DNA of 63,216 nt, filler included, from Licmophora abbreviata (GCA_900291995.1; 9 parts of 9 records of this genome joined end to end with filler, not necessarily neighbours in it), one strand, 5' to 3'. Positions 44,140-57,132 are shown, counted from the whole stretch's first letter. Notes: generated from the letters alone by a model not told the origin. Made by a program: numbers and translations.

Positions 44140-44673
44140 ATGCTTCCACTCGGACGGGTCGTTCGCCCTTGTATCGTCTACACGAAGTTTTCTAGAGCAA
44201 CACTTGCAACGAGAACCATGTCGACTGCGAGCACTACTTCCGTTGGTGACACGACGACCCTCCCTAGCTTTGGCTCGCCCTCCTTTGCCCTGACCAAGAC
44301 GCTGCCTGGCGTGTCTTACGAAGATGCAGTTACCAAGACAACCGACGCGTTGAAACACCATGGCTTTGGAGTTTTGACTTCCATCGATATGGTGTCCACC
44401 ATGAAGAAGAAGCTCAACACGGAGTTCACCCGCCCCTATGTCATTCTCGGTGCCTGTAATCCCGGCTTTGCTCATAGGGCTCTCACACATACTCCTGGTA
44501 TTGGTTTGTTGCTGCCCTGCAACGTTGTCGTGACTACAGACGAGAAGAATGATGCGATTGTGAGCATGCTCGACCCGATTGCCATGTTTACGAGCATCAT
44601 GGACGAGCCGGGAATGGAAGATATGGCCAAGGAGGTGAAGGGACTGCTCCAAAGGGCATTGGATGAGTTGTGA
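44140..44673 (+). CDS. DUF302-domain protein with probable mitochondrial presequence
   Basis: ALKHHGFGVLTSID, YVILGACNP, IGLLLPCNVVV and VSMLDP. Arg/Thr-rich leader with no acidic residues. Confidence 0.85.
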   Translation: MLPLGRVVRPCIVYTKFSRATLATRTMSTASTTSVGDTTTLPSFGSPSFALTKTLPGVSYEDAVTKTTDALKHHGFGVLTSIDMVSTMKKKLNTEFTRPYVILGACNPGFAHRALTHTPGIGLLLPCNVVVTTDEKNDAIVSMLDPIAMFTSIMDEPGMEDMAKEVKGLLQRALDEL

Positions 44674-45161
44674 GTAAAGTATAGAAGAACTAGCTCCTCG
44701 TGTACACTAGTATCATGATCTTTTTGGAGTAGATAGCAGTGAAAGTCGCCAAGAGTTGATAAAGGCTGGGGTGGAGGATAATGATGATGCAGGCGGGTTT
44801 CATTCTCAGTCGTGACTCATCTCACGGGACTGAACTACAACTTTTTCATCCACAGGTCGAGTGACTCGACTTGACTGACTCAGTCAGTCGAATTGCAAAT
44901 TGTGGTGTGGTCGTGCCAAATGAAATCCGCCGCACAGCACCACAGTTGATGAGGATGCAGCAGCAAAACAGAGGAGATGAATAGCACGATAGAGTTTCTG
45001 TCAGGTGCAGGGATAAGCCATATGTCCTAAGGAATCGATATGACCCGAACTATCGACAGGGAGTGATTTCATACGGATATAGAAACTTCGAAACTTACGA
45101 AACTTCACTTCGTAGTCTGTACCGGCGGCAGGTCTACGGAAGTCTAGTCGTATAGTACGCC

Positions 45162-47384
45162 ATGGCGCCGCTCGACCCAATTACCCAGCCGCAGCCTTTC
45201 ATTGTACCCCCGTTTTTAAAGACGGCATCTATCGATGCGTTTCACAGTCGCTTTCGGTTTGGCTTTTCCAATGATATCAACAAGCTGATAACGGGGGAGG
45301 ATAAACCAGACTATTTCGTGGGGTACGTACATATCTACAAACGTGCAGCCTTGGGACTCGACTGGCCTTGCTTCTAAGCCCTTTCCTCTCATTCCTCCTC
45401 TGTTTCTACACATCTTAGTATCATTATTAGCTCCGTAGTACTGTTGTGCGTCTTTATCGTGTGGGCAGCCATTATTCTGCTTCTTCGGGTGGCGGGACGG
45501 GAACGAGTCGGATTCTTTTCAGGACATCCGCCCCAGCGACCCGCACCTCCGACTGGATGTATACACCTGTTGGAGCTGACAGAAGAAGAGAATGGAGAAG
45601 AGGAGCCCAAAACGAAGAGTGAACGAACAACCGAAGAGAGGGAAGTCGAACCGGAGATTAGCAACAAGGCGCAGGAAGGAGAGGTGGACAATTCTCTCAA
45701 CCAGGAAAATGGCGAGAGCGCGATAGTGACTACCAACAGTGAAGGCGAAGACACCGATCTGGGGACAGAAAATGAAGCAGCTGCTGGCTCCGAGATCGCC
45801 CCTGATAACCCCGAACTGACCACGGCGGTCGAGTCGACGGACGGTGATCCGTCAGTCGCTGGAACAGAAAGCGCCTTTGAAGACTGGAAAGCGAAGTGTC
45901 GAAAGGTCGATCGTGCCGTGCAGTGGTCGCGTCTAGTATTGATATTGTCAGGCCTTGCAATTATCGTTAGCTCCCTCATGTTCATGGCTGTTGGGGTGCG
46001 GTATCTAGGTCGCAGTGTGGACGACATTTTTGGCGTTACACAACGTGTCTACGGGCTGGCCGAGAAAGGGATTGACTTAATTGACGAACATTTGGGGGCA
46101 CAAGAGGAGTTGGCAATAGCTGCGGTTTCGTCCTATGATATTTTGTCGCTGAACCTTTGTCCTCTCCTACAGAGAAAGCTCTGCAGGAACATTTCATCGT
46201 CGGGTGAGATTGATGCGTCGGCTTGCGATTTGACGAGTGTCACCCTTCGGAACGAGACAATTGAGTTTCTGCGCGTATTGAATGAAACTCTGTTTCTTAA
46301 TACGACTCTGCATGAGGGCTTCTTGCAACCATTCAGACTGCTGCAAGGTGACTTGAGCGAGATTCAGGATAGGAGTATGGAAGTGAACAACTTGCTGCAT
46401 CAGTTTAGGTGGGCGTATTACGTTGCCCTGGGGTTTGTTATTCTCTTTAACATTCTCGTGATCGTAATGCTCATCGGAGTCTATTGGGCGTGGCGAAAGC
46501 GGGTGCCGCGTGCCTTTGTGTGGGCTCAAAGACGTGTGATCGTGCCAGCAACTCTTTTCCTGGTGTTTCTTGTCATTGTCTTTACGATTGTCTTCCTCGC
46601 TGGAGGGACTGTTGGCGCCGACTATTGTACGGACGATCCTGACAGGACAACACGAAACGTTGTGATGAACTTGGAAGGCAGCTTCAACACTATTGTTTAC
46701 GACATGATCCTCTATTACGTTGACAAATGTGCGGAGGCTCCACGCTTTTTTCAGCCTTATCAACAATTTCTGGAGTCCATTCATACGTTGACGTTGTCCG
46801 TTCACTCCTTCAATGAAGGCATTTTGCGGCTTTCGGCTTCGGACATCAATGCCTGTGGTACCGATAGCATGTTGATTCATGCCTGGGGGCAGATAGTGGA
46901 CGACCAGCTCCATGTGCTATTCAATGCTGCCGACTCGGTCCGAGCCTTCTTCTTTTGTGAGAACTTTCACCCACTCTATGTTTCGAGTGTCTATGATGGT
47001 AAGTCTGTGTAAAGAGCAAACTTAGTGTCGTGTTGTCAATAGACCATGTGAACTGAACACCAACGTCGCCTCCTCATGCCATTGACAGCACTTTGCAGGA
47101 ACGGAGTAAACGCAATGCGTTGGACGGTCGGGAGCTTGGCGGCGATTACAGCCTGTAGCATGGTGAGTGCTCTTGAGAAAGCAACGCGTGTGCTTGCTAT
47201 ATGATGTGAGGGTTCTGACTTGTTCTCTTACACTCACTGCATTCGATAGATCATGGTGACATTCCGAGGGGTCTGGTACGAGACACAAGACGAAATCGAT
47301 ACGTTGTCTCGGTTGACAGAGCGCGTGGATCAAGAGCGCGAGCTACATACCGTGGAGAAGTCCGACAGGCAGCCGCCTTTATGA
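45162..47384 (+). CDS. Tweety/prominin-like 5-TM membrane protein; exons 45162-45323, 45419-46998, 47089-47162, 47250-47384
   Basis: Five TM helices and two helical extracellular regions with ADYCTDDP, ILYYVDKC and CENFHPLY..VYDALCRNG. Confidence 0.65.
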
Positions 47385-47849
47385 GAGATGCGATGTGACA
47401 TTTCGTAAGGGATGAGATGCGACGAAATCAACGACGAGATGAACGACTCTGGGACTCCAGTTGGCCAAGATCAACTGTTTAGTATTCAATTATGCTTCTT
47501 TCTATTTCCACAATCACTGTGATCGGTAGTACGGTGCTGAAGTAGGAGTATGTACGCTGGCATGTCGGGCAATGTCGTCGCGCACGAAACTCCATTCAAA
47601 AACTGCTGCGTCGCGAGCTTCGAGCTCCCATTTCCAACGGGGGCGTTACAAGAAAGTGCGCCGCGCTTTTTGATGATGTCAAGCGGTTAAGTCTGATTGA
47701 TGATGACCATGAAGAACTCTCTTTGCCGTCGTTTGACTTCTCTCCTCTAGACCAGAACACTGGCTGGACAAGTGAAAGAATTCGGCACGTCAGCTTTAGA
47801 TCCAGTGTCAGCGGAAAACTCTCGTCGGACGGCATCAGCGTCGATTGCC

Positions 47850-50273
47850 ATGACAGATTTGGAACTTGGTAAACTAGTGCCGGACAACCCCGGCTGTAGT
47901 TTCAAAACTCCCGTACTTCCCCTCGCTCCTTTGAACATTTGCATTCTCGTGGTGGGAACGCATGGTGACGTCCTTCCCTTTTGCGGTCTGGCACAAAAGC
48001 TAGAACAACACGGTCACAAGGTCCGAATTGCGACACACGAGGCCCATCGCAAAACTGTCTCCGCGCAAAACTTGGACTACTTTCCCCTCGATGGCGACCC
48101 CAAACAGCTTTCCGAATGGATGGTGCAAACTGGAGGGAGTATCTGGGGAGAAGCCAAGAACCCTAGGCTGATTCCGCAAAAGACAGCCATGGTGGAAGAC
48201 ATCTTTCGTAGCACTTGGCCTGCTGTCACACAGAACGATTCGCATGTGTTGGAAAGCGGAACGCGGCCTCCATACGTCGCGGACGCTGTTATTGCCAATC
48301 CACCCTGCATTGGGCATATTCATGTCTGCGAGGCACTGGGAATTCCTCTGCACATTATGTTTCCACAGCCGTGGTACTATGGCACTCGTGACTTTCCGCA
48401 CCCAATGAGCGGTTTGAGCTACGTCGAGAAGAGGGACCGGAATTTGCAATCCTATGCTACCTTTGAGACGCTGCAGTGGACCGCTTTGACCAAGGCTATC
48501 AACTCATGGAGACGAAAAGTGCTCGGATTACCCCGTATCATCATTGGGGATGGAGCGAGCCAAGCGGTGGTAAGGTCCAAAGTACCGTTCAGTGCCATGT
48601 GGAGTCCCTCATTTGTACCGAAACCGCAAGACTGGCCTGAGCAGTGTGAAGTCGTCGGGACGTTTGTTCCAAAGCAGAACAAAAAGACAACCGCTAGCTC
48701 GTTTGACACTGCTCCCTTTGCTGATCTCTGCGAGTGGCTCAAACAGGGGCCAAAACCGATCTTCCTCGGATTCGGATCCATGGTGGTGCGAGATCCCGAC
48801 GCCCTCGTACGAATCATTCAAGGCGCTGCGCGCAAGACCAACTCTCGTTTTGTCGTTCAGAGCGGATGGAGTGGCATGAATGTTATGGACTCGAACAATC
48901 CATATGATGCAAACGATAGTCACATGCCGCTCTGTTTCAACGTAGGTCCCTGCCCGCATGACTGGTTGCTGCCTCAAACGTGTGCCGTTATTCATCACGG
49001 CGGGGCAGGCACAACTGCAGCGGGTCTGCGACATGGTCTGCCGACTATGGTGTGTCCATTCTTTGCGGATCAGTTCATGTGGGGGGCATTTTGCCAGAGA
49101 GCCGGTGTGGGACCAGAACCATGCCCGATTAACAGATTGACGGACGGTATACTGGCGGAAAAAGTCGAGGAGCTCCAGAGCGAGACAATTCGGCAACGAG
49201 TTCAGGAGGTTGCTACCCGAATGAACCAGGAGGATGGCATAGAAGGAGGTCTACAACATTTTTTAACGTCCCTGCCGAGAGACAGTATGTTGTGCGATGT
49301 GTGTCTCCTGATGGGAGAAGCCAAACTGGCGCGATACGAGCACACTGATTATGAAGTGAAACTCTGTGCCGAAGTCGCTGCATGCGTGCTGCGTCCCACC
49401 GCAACCAAGACAGTAGAACCCAGGTCCACATTCAGTGCATTCAAAAAACTGAGCTTTCGTGACATGGTTCAGAAACGTCGATTTTGGTTTCGAAGTGCGC
49501 CTGGTGTGAGGAGGCACAGCTCGACGGCGTATGGTCTTGGCAAAGTCTCGACGGTTCGGGAGGGCTTTCAGGCTGGATGCTACGGGTTCTTTTACAACCT
49601 ATTGCGGTCGCCACTGCAAATATACTTCAAACCAGACCGATTTGCTCGATCCCATGGCGCATTTGGGTGTCTGTTTGGGGTGATTCTCATACCTATTGCG
49701 GTGATTTGGATCACGATTACTGCCTTTCTGATCTTCATTGATCGAGTGACTGTTTCCATTTTAAACAGCGTATTCGGCAAGGATCTGCTCTTCCTTCTTC
49801 GGGCGGACCCTCGCAGCAAGGTTCATCAGACTGGTGCGGTGGAATTGGAACTCAAGGAAGAAGTGACCAAGGCTGGCAGTATCATTCGAGTCATGTCGAT
49901 TTACGAAGCTCTGGATATGGCCACCAAGGCGTGCCAGGTATTTGATTCTTGTCGACCCCGCTATCACAAAGGTATATGGCACTTTCGAGTTACCCATCCG
50001 AAACGACTCCGCGAGGCGCTGCGCTCCGCGGGAGCCTGTCCATTTATGTGCGACGAAACTCGTCGCCACCTTCAAAGCCGGCTTGCGGAGCTCGAATGCG
50101 ACGATGACGCCGTAATGGTGAGCTTTAGCCGATTCTGTTTCATGATTCAAGAGGCCCTGATGCTTACAGACTCTCGTCAGGGGAGACGTTCGCGACGGGA
50201 ACAGGCTGTCTCGACAGATCATGAGAAGCGCCCGACCTATGAAGAGCTGTATTTGAGTAACATGAGTGTATAG
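47850..50273 (+). CDS. Sterol 3-beta-glucosyltransferase-like (GT1; UGT80/Atg26 family); start codon uncertain
   Basis: [61 protein letters not shown] and PFFADQ. Confidence 0.9.
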   Translation: MTDLELGKLVPDNPGCSFKTPVLPLAPLNICILVVGTHGDVLPFCGLAQKLEQHGHKVRIATHEAHRKTVSAQNLDYFPLDGDPKQLSEWMVQTGGSIWGEAKNPRLIPQKTAMVEDIFRSTWPAVTQNDSHVLESGTRPPYVADAVIANPPCIGHIHVCEALGIPLHIMFPQPWYYGTRDFPHPMSGLSYVEKRDRNLQSYATFETLQWTALTKAINSWRRKVLGLPRIIIGDGASQAVVRSKVPFSAMWSPSFVPKPQDWPEQCEVVGTFVPKQNKKTTASSFDTAPFADLCEWLKQGPKPIFLGFGSMVVRDPDALVRIIQGAARKTNSRFVVQSGWSGMNVMDSNNPYDANDSHMPLCFNVGPCPHDWLLPQTCAVIHHGGAGTTAAGLRHGLPTMVCPFFADQFMWGAFCQRAGVGPEPCPINRLTDGILAEKVEELQSETIRQRVQEVATRMNQEDGIEGGLQHFLTSLPRDSMLCDVCLLMGEAKLARYEHTDYEVKLCAEVAACVLRPTATKTVEPRSTFSAFKKLSFRDMVQKRRFWFRSAPGVRRHSSTAYGLGKVSTVREGFQAGCYGFFYNLLRSPLQIYFKPDRFARSHGAFGCLFGVILIPIAVIWITITAFLIFIDRVTVSILNSVFGKDLLFLLRADPRSKVHQTGAVELELKEEVTKAGSIIRVMSIYEALDMATKACQVFDSCRPRYHKGIWHFRVTHPKRLREALRSAGACPFMCDETRRHLQSRLAELECDDDAVMVSFSRFCFMIQEALMLTDSRQGRRSRREQAVSTDHEKRPTYEELYLSNMSV

Positions 50274-50496
50274 GTGGTATGGCTGCTTTTGGTGTAGCAG
50301 CAGGGGCTCTATAGTAAAATTTTCGACGTACTAGTACAGCTCGTCTAGTCTATTCCTCCTTTTCGTTCATCCGTTCCCGCAGCAGTCCAACACACCGCAA
50401 GGTTTTGGCAAACGCCAGAATGGCTACCCCATGATGCCCGGCTATTTTGAACGCACTATCTCGTACTGTTTCCAAAAGTGCCAATACCGTTGCACC

Positions 50497-50596
50497 NNNN
50501 NNNNNNNNNNNNNNNNNNNNNNNNNNNNNNNNNNNNNNNNTTAATTAATTAANNNNNNNNNNNNNNNNNNNNNNNNNNNNNNNNNNNNNNNNNNNN
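50497..50596. other. Artificial scaffold spacer
   Basis: N44-TTAATTAATTAA-N44. Confidence 0.97.
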
Positions 50597-50860
50597 GCTC
50601 AATCCCTCAACTGAGATAGAATTCGGGTCATCTATAGAAAGACGCGACCAGAAGATTCGATTTACTCTCATGCGTCATGCGACGACGCAACAGAGGGGTT
50701 CTCATTTCGTCTCTGCCAGATTCACGAGCTCCGAGCTCCGGTATCTTTTGTATTCGAACAGGATCTGGCAATCTTTCAATCTTTCGTATTCCAAATTCCT
50801 CCAACCCATCACTCATCACGCGCGATGACGACCATGACGGAGGCTGCCGGGAGCAGGGCG

Positions 50861-52146
50861 ATGTACGCCAGTCTGGTGACTCTGATAGCGATTCTGACAC
50901 TCGGCACGGCCTTTCAGTCAACTATTCCTTCGAAAACTCGAAATTGGGGTCCCCTCGGGTTCGTTAGAGGAAGAAATCGACAAATGAATAGAGTAGGTGC
51001 ATGGAGGACTGCTTTTTGCAGTCGCCAAGGCTATCCTTTCAAGCCAGTAAACGATCCAGCAGTCCGATGGGACTCAATTCGTTCGAAAGTTTACTTATCG
51101 GCATCTTCCTCTAGTATCAGCAATACGAAAGAAGGCTCCTCTGGCTTTCGCGATTGGCATCACGTCTCGCAGATTGCCCAAGTCGCGGCGCGTCATGCGG
51201 GTAGCATCATGAAGCAAACGACAGGACGCATCGAAGTAGCGTCCACCAAGGCTAATATCAAAGATTTGGTCACGGACAGTGATGTGGCATGCCAGCAAGT
51301 GATTCAGCAAACGGTCGAGTCGGTCTTTCCAAATGACGTGTTTCTGGGCGAAGAAGACATTGCAAGCGGACGGGAAGCGAGTATGGAAGCGTTGCAGGTA
51401 GCACTGGACTCAAGTAAGGGTACTGATGACGTGCTGATTTGGGTAGTGGATCCTATTGATGGCACCACGAACTATCAGGCAGGTAAGTTCTGGAGGGCCG
51501 TGTCGGTGCAGAGGTCGCCGTCGGACTCTTGCTGAGATTCAACCCCAATTTCCTTTTCTCTCTTGTGAACAACGTAGGTCTTCCACTGTTTGGGGCCAGT
51601 ATCGGCGTGGTCGCTCGGAATCCAACGACGAACGAACCCGAGATCGTCGTGGGTGTCATTTATAACCCTGTGCTTGAAGAAATGGTTTCAGCTATCAAGG
51701 GGCAAGGGGTGTTTCTCAACGGCAATCGACTCAATGCGACTACTTCGGACATTGCTTCTTCGCCGCTCGATCAATCGCTGGTCAACGTGGGGTTTCCTGT
51801 GACTCAAAAAAGTACATTGCTCGCCTCCTCTCGTGCCGTGGCGGCGCTAAGTACTCGCGTAAGAGGTCTCCGCATGATTGCGTCGGCCGCACAAGTATTG
51901 AGCTGGATCGCACAAAACAAAGTGCAGTGCTACATCAGCTGGAACTTGAATGCGTGGGATATTGCGGCAGGCATGTTGATTGTACAAGAAAGCGGGGGCC
52001 ACTTGCTGAACTTTGATGGGACGGAAGCGAATATTACATCGCGCGACATGATCATGACAAGCGCGGCTGGTGGCAAACAACTTGCGGAGGAGATACTAGA
52101 GATTCTGGGAGACAACGACTGTCTCGAGTACGATGTAGTATCATAG
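50861..52146 (+). CDS. Inositol monophosphatase family (SuhB/IMPL1-like), plastid-targeted; intron 51483-51577
   Basis: DLVTDSD, FLGEE, WVVDPIDGTTNY and WDIAAGMLIVQESGG. Presequence GTA-FQS. Confidence 0.9.
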
Positions 52147-52236
52147 TAGTAGATTGAACTTTTTCCGTGGATGGCGCCATAGCTAGCTTAAAGAGTAGCA
52201 CTGTTAGCAGATAGTAGTAGTATGACACATGGTTCA

Positions 52237-53161
52237 TCAGTCCAAATACAAGGTGGTGACGAGCATATCCAGCTTTTTTGCCTCCTTGGTGGCTTCAATC
52301 ACCGTTGAACTTTCATGGAACGCAAAGCTTATGAGTTGATCCGTCTGTGAGAGCAGGTACGAGTTGCAAATGCGACTTGCAATGTCCAGGCCCATCCCAT
52401 CGTTCTGAGGCATAGTGACGAGATCTGTCACGTTTTTTAATAGTTCCTGTGACTCTTTGGGTTGTTTCTCCTTGCTCTGCGGCAGTACGACGGTGAGGAG
52501 ATCGGGGCGCTCGGCACGGAGTGCTCCACGAATGGTGGCCGCATGTGTGCCACCGGCACCCGACGTGTAGACATGATTTCCCGACAACACGAGCGCATAT
52601 GCACTGAGAAAGAGAGAAAACATCAACGAGTTTGAGAAAGACGGGGAAAAGAGAGCGCCGCGTACATGTGGTGCTTGCAGTCATCACGACGGTCATTGCA
52701 AACACCCCTACTCACAGCAGTTCAATGATTTGTTGGTGCAGATAGGAGCAGTGCCGTGTGCCTAGGATGCAGTACTTCTGTGGCCCTTGCTGCTGAATGG
52801 CCGCAAGCTCCTTGAGGATGGAAGTGACGCTGCGTTCCTTGTTTGCGAGTCTGATTTGGGGATCGCCGACATTGACCTGTCGCTGCGGCAAACCTTCGCT
52901 GGGATCATACTCTTCAATGCCACTACCGGAATAGGAAGACACCCGATTTCTTGAGTCGTCAGTGGCACTGTCGTCGCTGCTGTCTTCCGATCGAGTCATC
53001 CCCAGCGTCCTTCGGGACACACAGCCGTATCGGCTGCGGCCAGTAGTCAGACGCCCAAATCTGAATTTTGTCGTCGTTTCAGTCGTCTGAGCCCAGAACG
53101 AAAGCCCCGCCGCTTCCAATAGGAACAGTAGGAACAAAAAGATACATGAACCCCGCTGCAT
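52237..53161 (-). CDS. Conserved cyanobacterial/plastid DprA/Smf-related Rossmann-fold protein; intron 52604-52715
   Basis: ELAAIQQQG..ILGTRH..HQQIIELLAYAL..GNHVYTSGAGGTHAATIRGA..LLTVVLPQS and QLISFAFHES. Bipartite presequence. Confidence 0.75.
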
Positions 53162-53548
53162 GGTGCCTCAAGTCCCCCAAACAAGCCCAACGACGATGCC
53201 AATGCAACAAACTACAAGTATGTCTTCCCGCGAACAGGCGAAGATCGTTCTGTCAAGCACTTCCGAATTTTGGTACTCGACTTGCGTACAATTTTACGAG
53301 CCTCGCAGCTGGCACAGCTGCCGCGAAGAGGATACGCACCGTGCGAGGTTTCGACGGATTTATGCATGTGAAGAGCGCCGCCTCATTTGAATGGCGTTTC
53401 GTGGTCGTATCGGAGAGATTGGCAAACAATGGTATTCTACAACACTTCAAGTTAAAAAGTTGAAAGTACTCCGTCCTAAATCATCAAGTTGTCTTTCATG
53501 TGGCATTCCCTCTGTTTGCAGCTCCAATGATAGCTCGAACGCGAATTC

Positions 53549-53648
53549 NNNNNNNNNNNNNNNNNNNNNNNNNNNNNNNNNNNNNNNNNNNNTTAATTAA
53601 TTAANNNNNNNNNNNNNNNNNNNNNNNNNNNNNNNNNNNNNNNNNNNN
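53549..53648. other. Artificial scaffold spacer
   Basis: N44-TTAATTAATTAA-N44. Confidence 0.97.
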
Positions 53649-54184
53649 CCATGTTATATACTTGATACATAAAGTGGATGCCAGTTTTCGCAAGAGAAGT
53701 AGCTTCGGATGGCATCGACTGCTATGTGCAGTACGTGCAGCTGAGCGTCCAGCGTTTTCGTGGCTGCCAGACCAGAGAATTGTTTGTTCCACAGAGATCT
53801 TCGTTCGAGGACAGGAGTTCCGCAAAAACGTTGTCAAATCCATGAATCGTTCTCGGGACGCCATGAACATAGGACACGAACTCGTCCATTTCCTGCACGT
53901 TGCGTCGATTTATTGGTCATTGGGCGCGCCACGACCCATCCAGTCTCGGATGAAATATTAGTCAGGCGCGACTCGACTCGGCTGACTCGACTCGACTCAC
54001 ATCGAGTGCGACCCGGATACCGCACGTACGTCAGTCGTCACAACCGATGGCGGCGCGAGGAGAGAGTTTTGATGGCTGTTCTTTGAGAAGAGTGAAGTCG
54101 AGTTTGAGTCAGTTGTCCCTGCAAGTGTTGTTGACAACCCTTGTTTGCCTCTGGAGAGATTCCTGCTACTATTCTACCTTCTCG

Positions 54185-55823
54185 ATGAGGTTCTTTCTTT
54201 GTATGGCGCTGCTGCAGTCGATTGGAGTTTCAGCGTTCGTGTCGAACGATGTGACACAGGCTCGAGGCATCCGTCCTGGTGGGAGTCTCCCATTTTTCAC
54301 AGGGACGACATCACCCACGCGCCCACCCCATGCCTCCTCGACTTCATTGTTTGTCTTTGACTTTTTCAAGAAGAGAAGTGACGAAGGCCTCCAGCAGCTC
54401 AACAACATTGCCGATGCCGCATACAAGGGGAAATTAGGAGAGGGCTTACAAGATGTCGCTGCGTATACTTCGGAAACGAACGCAGCCTTTGCGAATGGAC
54501 TTGCCAAGAGTCGAAAACAATTGGTGCAAAATCTGGAGTTGTTGCTGACTGGAAATAGTGAGTCGATGCTAGAAGAGCTGACGGATATTTTGCTGCAAGC
54601 CGACTTGGGCATGGCAACGAGCGAAGCTGTCGTAGAGGAAGTCAAGAGCTTGTTAGGGACAAGGTCCCAGCGCGGCTTGTCAAGAGACGATTTGAAGAGT
54701 ATTTTGAGAGGAAAACTGACCGAGGCTTTGGAAATACAAGGAGAGCAGTCAAGGGCAATCCAATTTTCCAAAGATAGCTCTATAACTCCGACTGTCTTGT
54801 TTGTCATGGGCGCCAATGGCATGGGCAAGACGACGACGATTGGCAAGCTAGCACATCGACTTCGAGTCGAGGGCAATCAGACGGTTTTGGTGGCCGCCTG
54901 CGATACATTTCGAGCTGGAGCTGTCGAGCAATTGGAGCAGTGGGCAAATCGTGCAGAGGTGGATTGCTATACACCAAACGAGCAACGCAGTACGCCGAGT
55001 GCGGTCCTGTACGGGGCTCTCGACAAGGCGATCGCCGAAGGATTCGATACTGTGCTTGTCGACACGTCCGGTCGGCTCTCCAACAATGAAGCGTTGACAC
55101 AAGAACTCGCCAAAATGAAGCGCGTGATTCAGAAGCGATTGTCAGTGGAAGACGACAGTGACGGCAAGCCCGCGTTGAATAGGGATGTACCGCACGAAAC
55201 TCTGCTGGTTTTGGATGCGGCACAGGGACGCATGGCATTGGATTCGGCCAAGGTTTGGCAAAAAGAAATAGGATTGAGCGGCTTGATTCTAACGAAGCTG
55301 GATGGCAGTGCTAGAGGTGGTAGCGTCGTGAGTATAAGCAAAGAGCTGGATCTTCCTGTGAAACTCATTGGAGTCGGCGAGGGGATTGACGATTTGAGAG
55401 ATGTAAGTGAAAATTGAAATGTGGAATCTGTCACTACGATTGCAATATTTCCCTCACCTGACGAGTGACACTGCTAACCCGGATTGTTAGTTTGAGCCGG
55501 AGGTTTTTGTTGACGGCTTGCTGGGAATTGGTAAAGCAGGTGGACAGTCGTCATCGAACGAGGGAGCGTTGTTGGAAAAGAGGTTGTACGAAATGCGCAA
55601 AGCCCGCGACGCCAGTGCCAAGTCCACATCCAAGACAAGCGGTACTACTAGAGAGGTTAATTTGGGAGGCGGAGGCGTGAGCGGAAGCACGACTGGTAGC
55701 AGTGCGGGGGAGTTGACATTTCAAGAAATGGAATCGCCACCCGTGGTACCGGTCGGCGAAGGGCGCGGACCATCCATGAAACCAAATAGAAAGAAGAAGA
55801 AAAAGAGGAAGGGTCGTCGCTAG
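54185..55823 (+). CDS. ftsY: Plastid SRP receptor cpFtsY; intron 55403-55490
   Basis: VSA-FVS presequence, then GANGMGKTTTIGKLA, DTFRAGA, DTSGR, TKLDGSARGG and GVGEGIDDLRDF. Confidence 0.93.
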
Positions 55824-55980
55824 TGATCCTGTTACTACAGTACCTGCGCAAAGAGGTTGGATTCTATACGTATGCTCTCTCTAGGTGCTATGCGATAGTC
55901 TCTTGTCTACAACAACATATGATACGAGTGTGTGTCCTCGATTCGTCTTTTTTGGCTGTGAAGGACAGCAGTTATATCAA

Positions 55981-56945
55981 TCACTCCTTCATGCCGATAC
56001 CCGTAGCCACGACGCTGACTCTCACACTCCCTTCCAACGCTTCATCATATGCGCTTCCAAAGATGATATTTGCGCTCTCGTCCAGTACTTGCTCCGTAAT
56101 ACACTGTGCTGCCTTGTCGACTTCAAATAGTGTCACTGTGATTTTGAAAAGTGGGAGCAACAACGGGTCAGAGATACAGTGGCGTGACAAGAAATCCTGC
56201 CACGATGGAGATCTTAAGGTCTACGAGACGACCAACTCACTGTCTTTTCCTCCTGTAATATTCACCAGCATGCCCTTTGCACTACTTATATCCATGTCGC
56301 TTCCAAGCAACGGGTTGTCCAGCGCCATGTTCGCAGCCTCCACGGCACGGTCGTCCCCGCTGCTCACCCCGGTTCCCAACAAGGCGTTGCCCATGCCGTG
56401 CATGACGGACTGTACATCTGCAAAATCCAAGTTGATGAGTCCGGGAGACGTCATGAGCGATGTGATACTCCCTACGCCTCCGAGTAGCACATCATCTGCC
56501 ATCCGGAATGCCTCTACAAATGATGTCTGGTCGTTGGCCAGGGACATTAGGTTCTGATTGGGAATCGTAATCAGCGTATCTACCACGGGCGTCAACCTTT
56601 CAATACCTTCTTGCGCCAGTCGTCGACGATGTGTGCCTTCGAAGCTGAACGGTAGTGTAACGACTGCCACAGTGAGAATACCCAACTGATAACATAGTTC
56701 CGCTACAACTGGGGCTGCGCCCGTGCCCGTACCGCCCCCCATGCCGGCCGTGATGAAGACCATGTGTGCGTCCTTGACGGATTCCAAAATTGCATCCTTG
56801 CACTCTTCGGCTGCCATGCGTCCTGCATCGGGATTAGCTCCGCAACCTAGACCGCGGGTCAGATCGAGACCCAACTGCAGACGTTGGTCCGTCAGACAGG
56901 TTGAGAGATGTTGCGCGTCCGTGTTGAGAGCCAAAAAGTCGACTC
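55981..56945 (-). CDS. ftsZ: FtsZ, short mitochondrial/alphaproteobacterial-like type, 5' exon missing; exons 56945-56241, 56135-55981
   Basis: [44 protein letters not shown] and [10 protein letters not shown]. No C-terminal linker or core peptide. Confidence 0.9.
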
Positions 56946-57032
56946 CTGTAGGAAGCGTATGAGTCGAGTCGGGGTCATCAGTTCTTATTGTGAGTAACTT
57001 TTTTCTACACATTCCTGTGATACGGCACCACA

Positions 57033-57132
57033 NNNNNNNNNNNNNNNNNNNNNNNNNNNNNNNNNNNNNNNNNNNNTTAATTAATTAANNNNNNNNNNNN
57101 NNNNNNNNNNNNNNNNNNNNNNNNNNNNNNNN
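57033..57132. other. Artificial scaffold spacer
   Basis: N44-TTAATTAATTAA-N44. Confidence 0.97.

Noticed and set aside
54185..56945. Adjacent ftsY and ftsZ as a bacterial operon, contaminant or HGT island
   Set aside because: The genes are convergent, both have spliceosomal introns, and they appear to serve different organelles.
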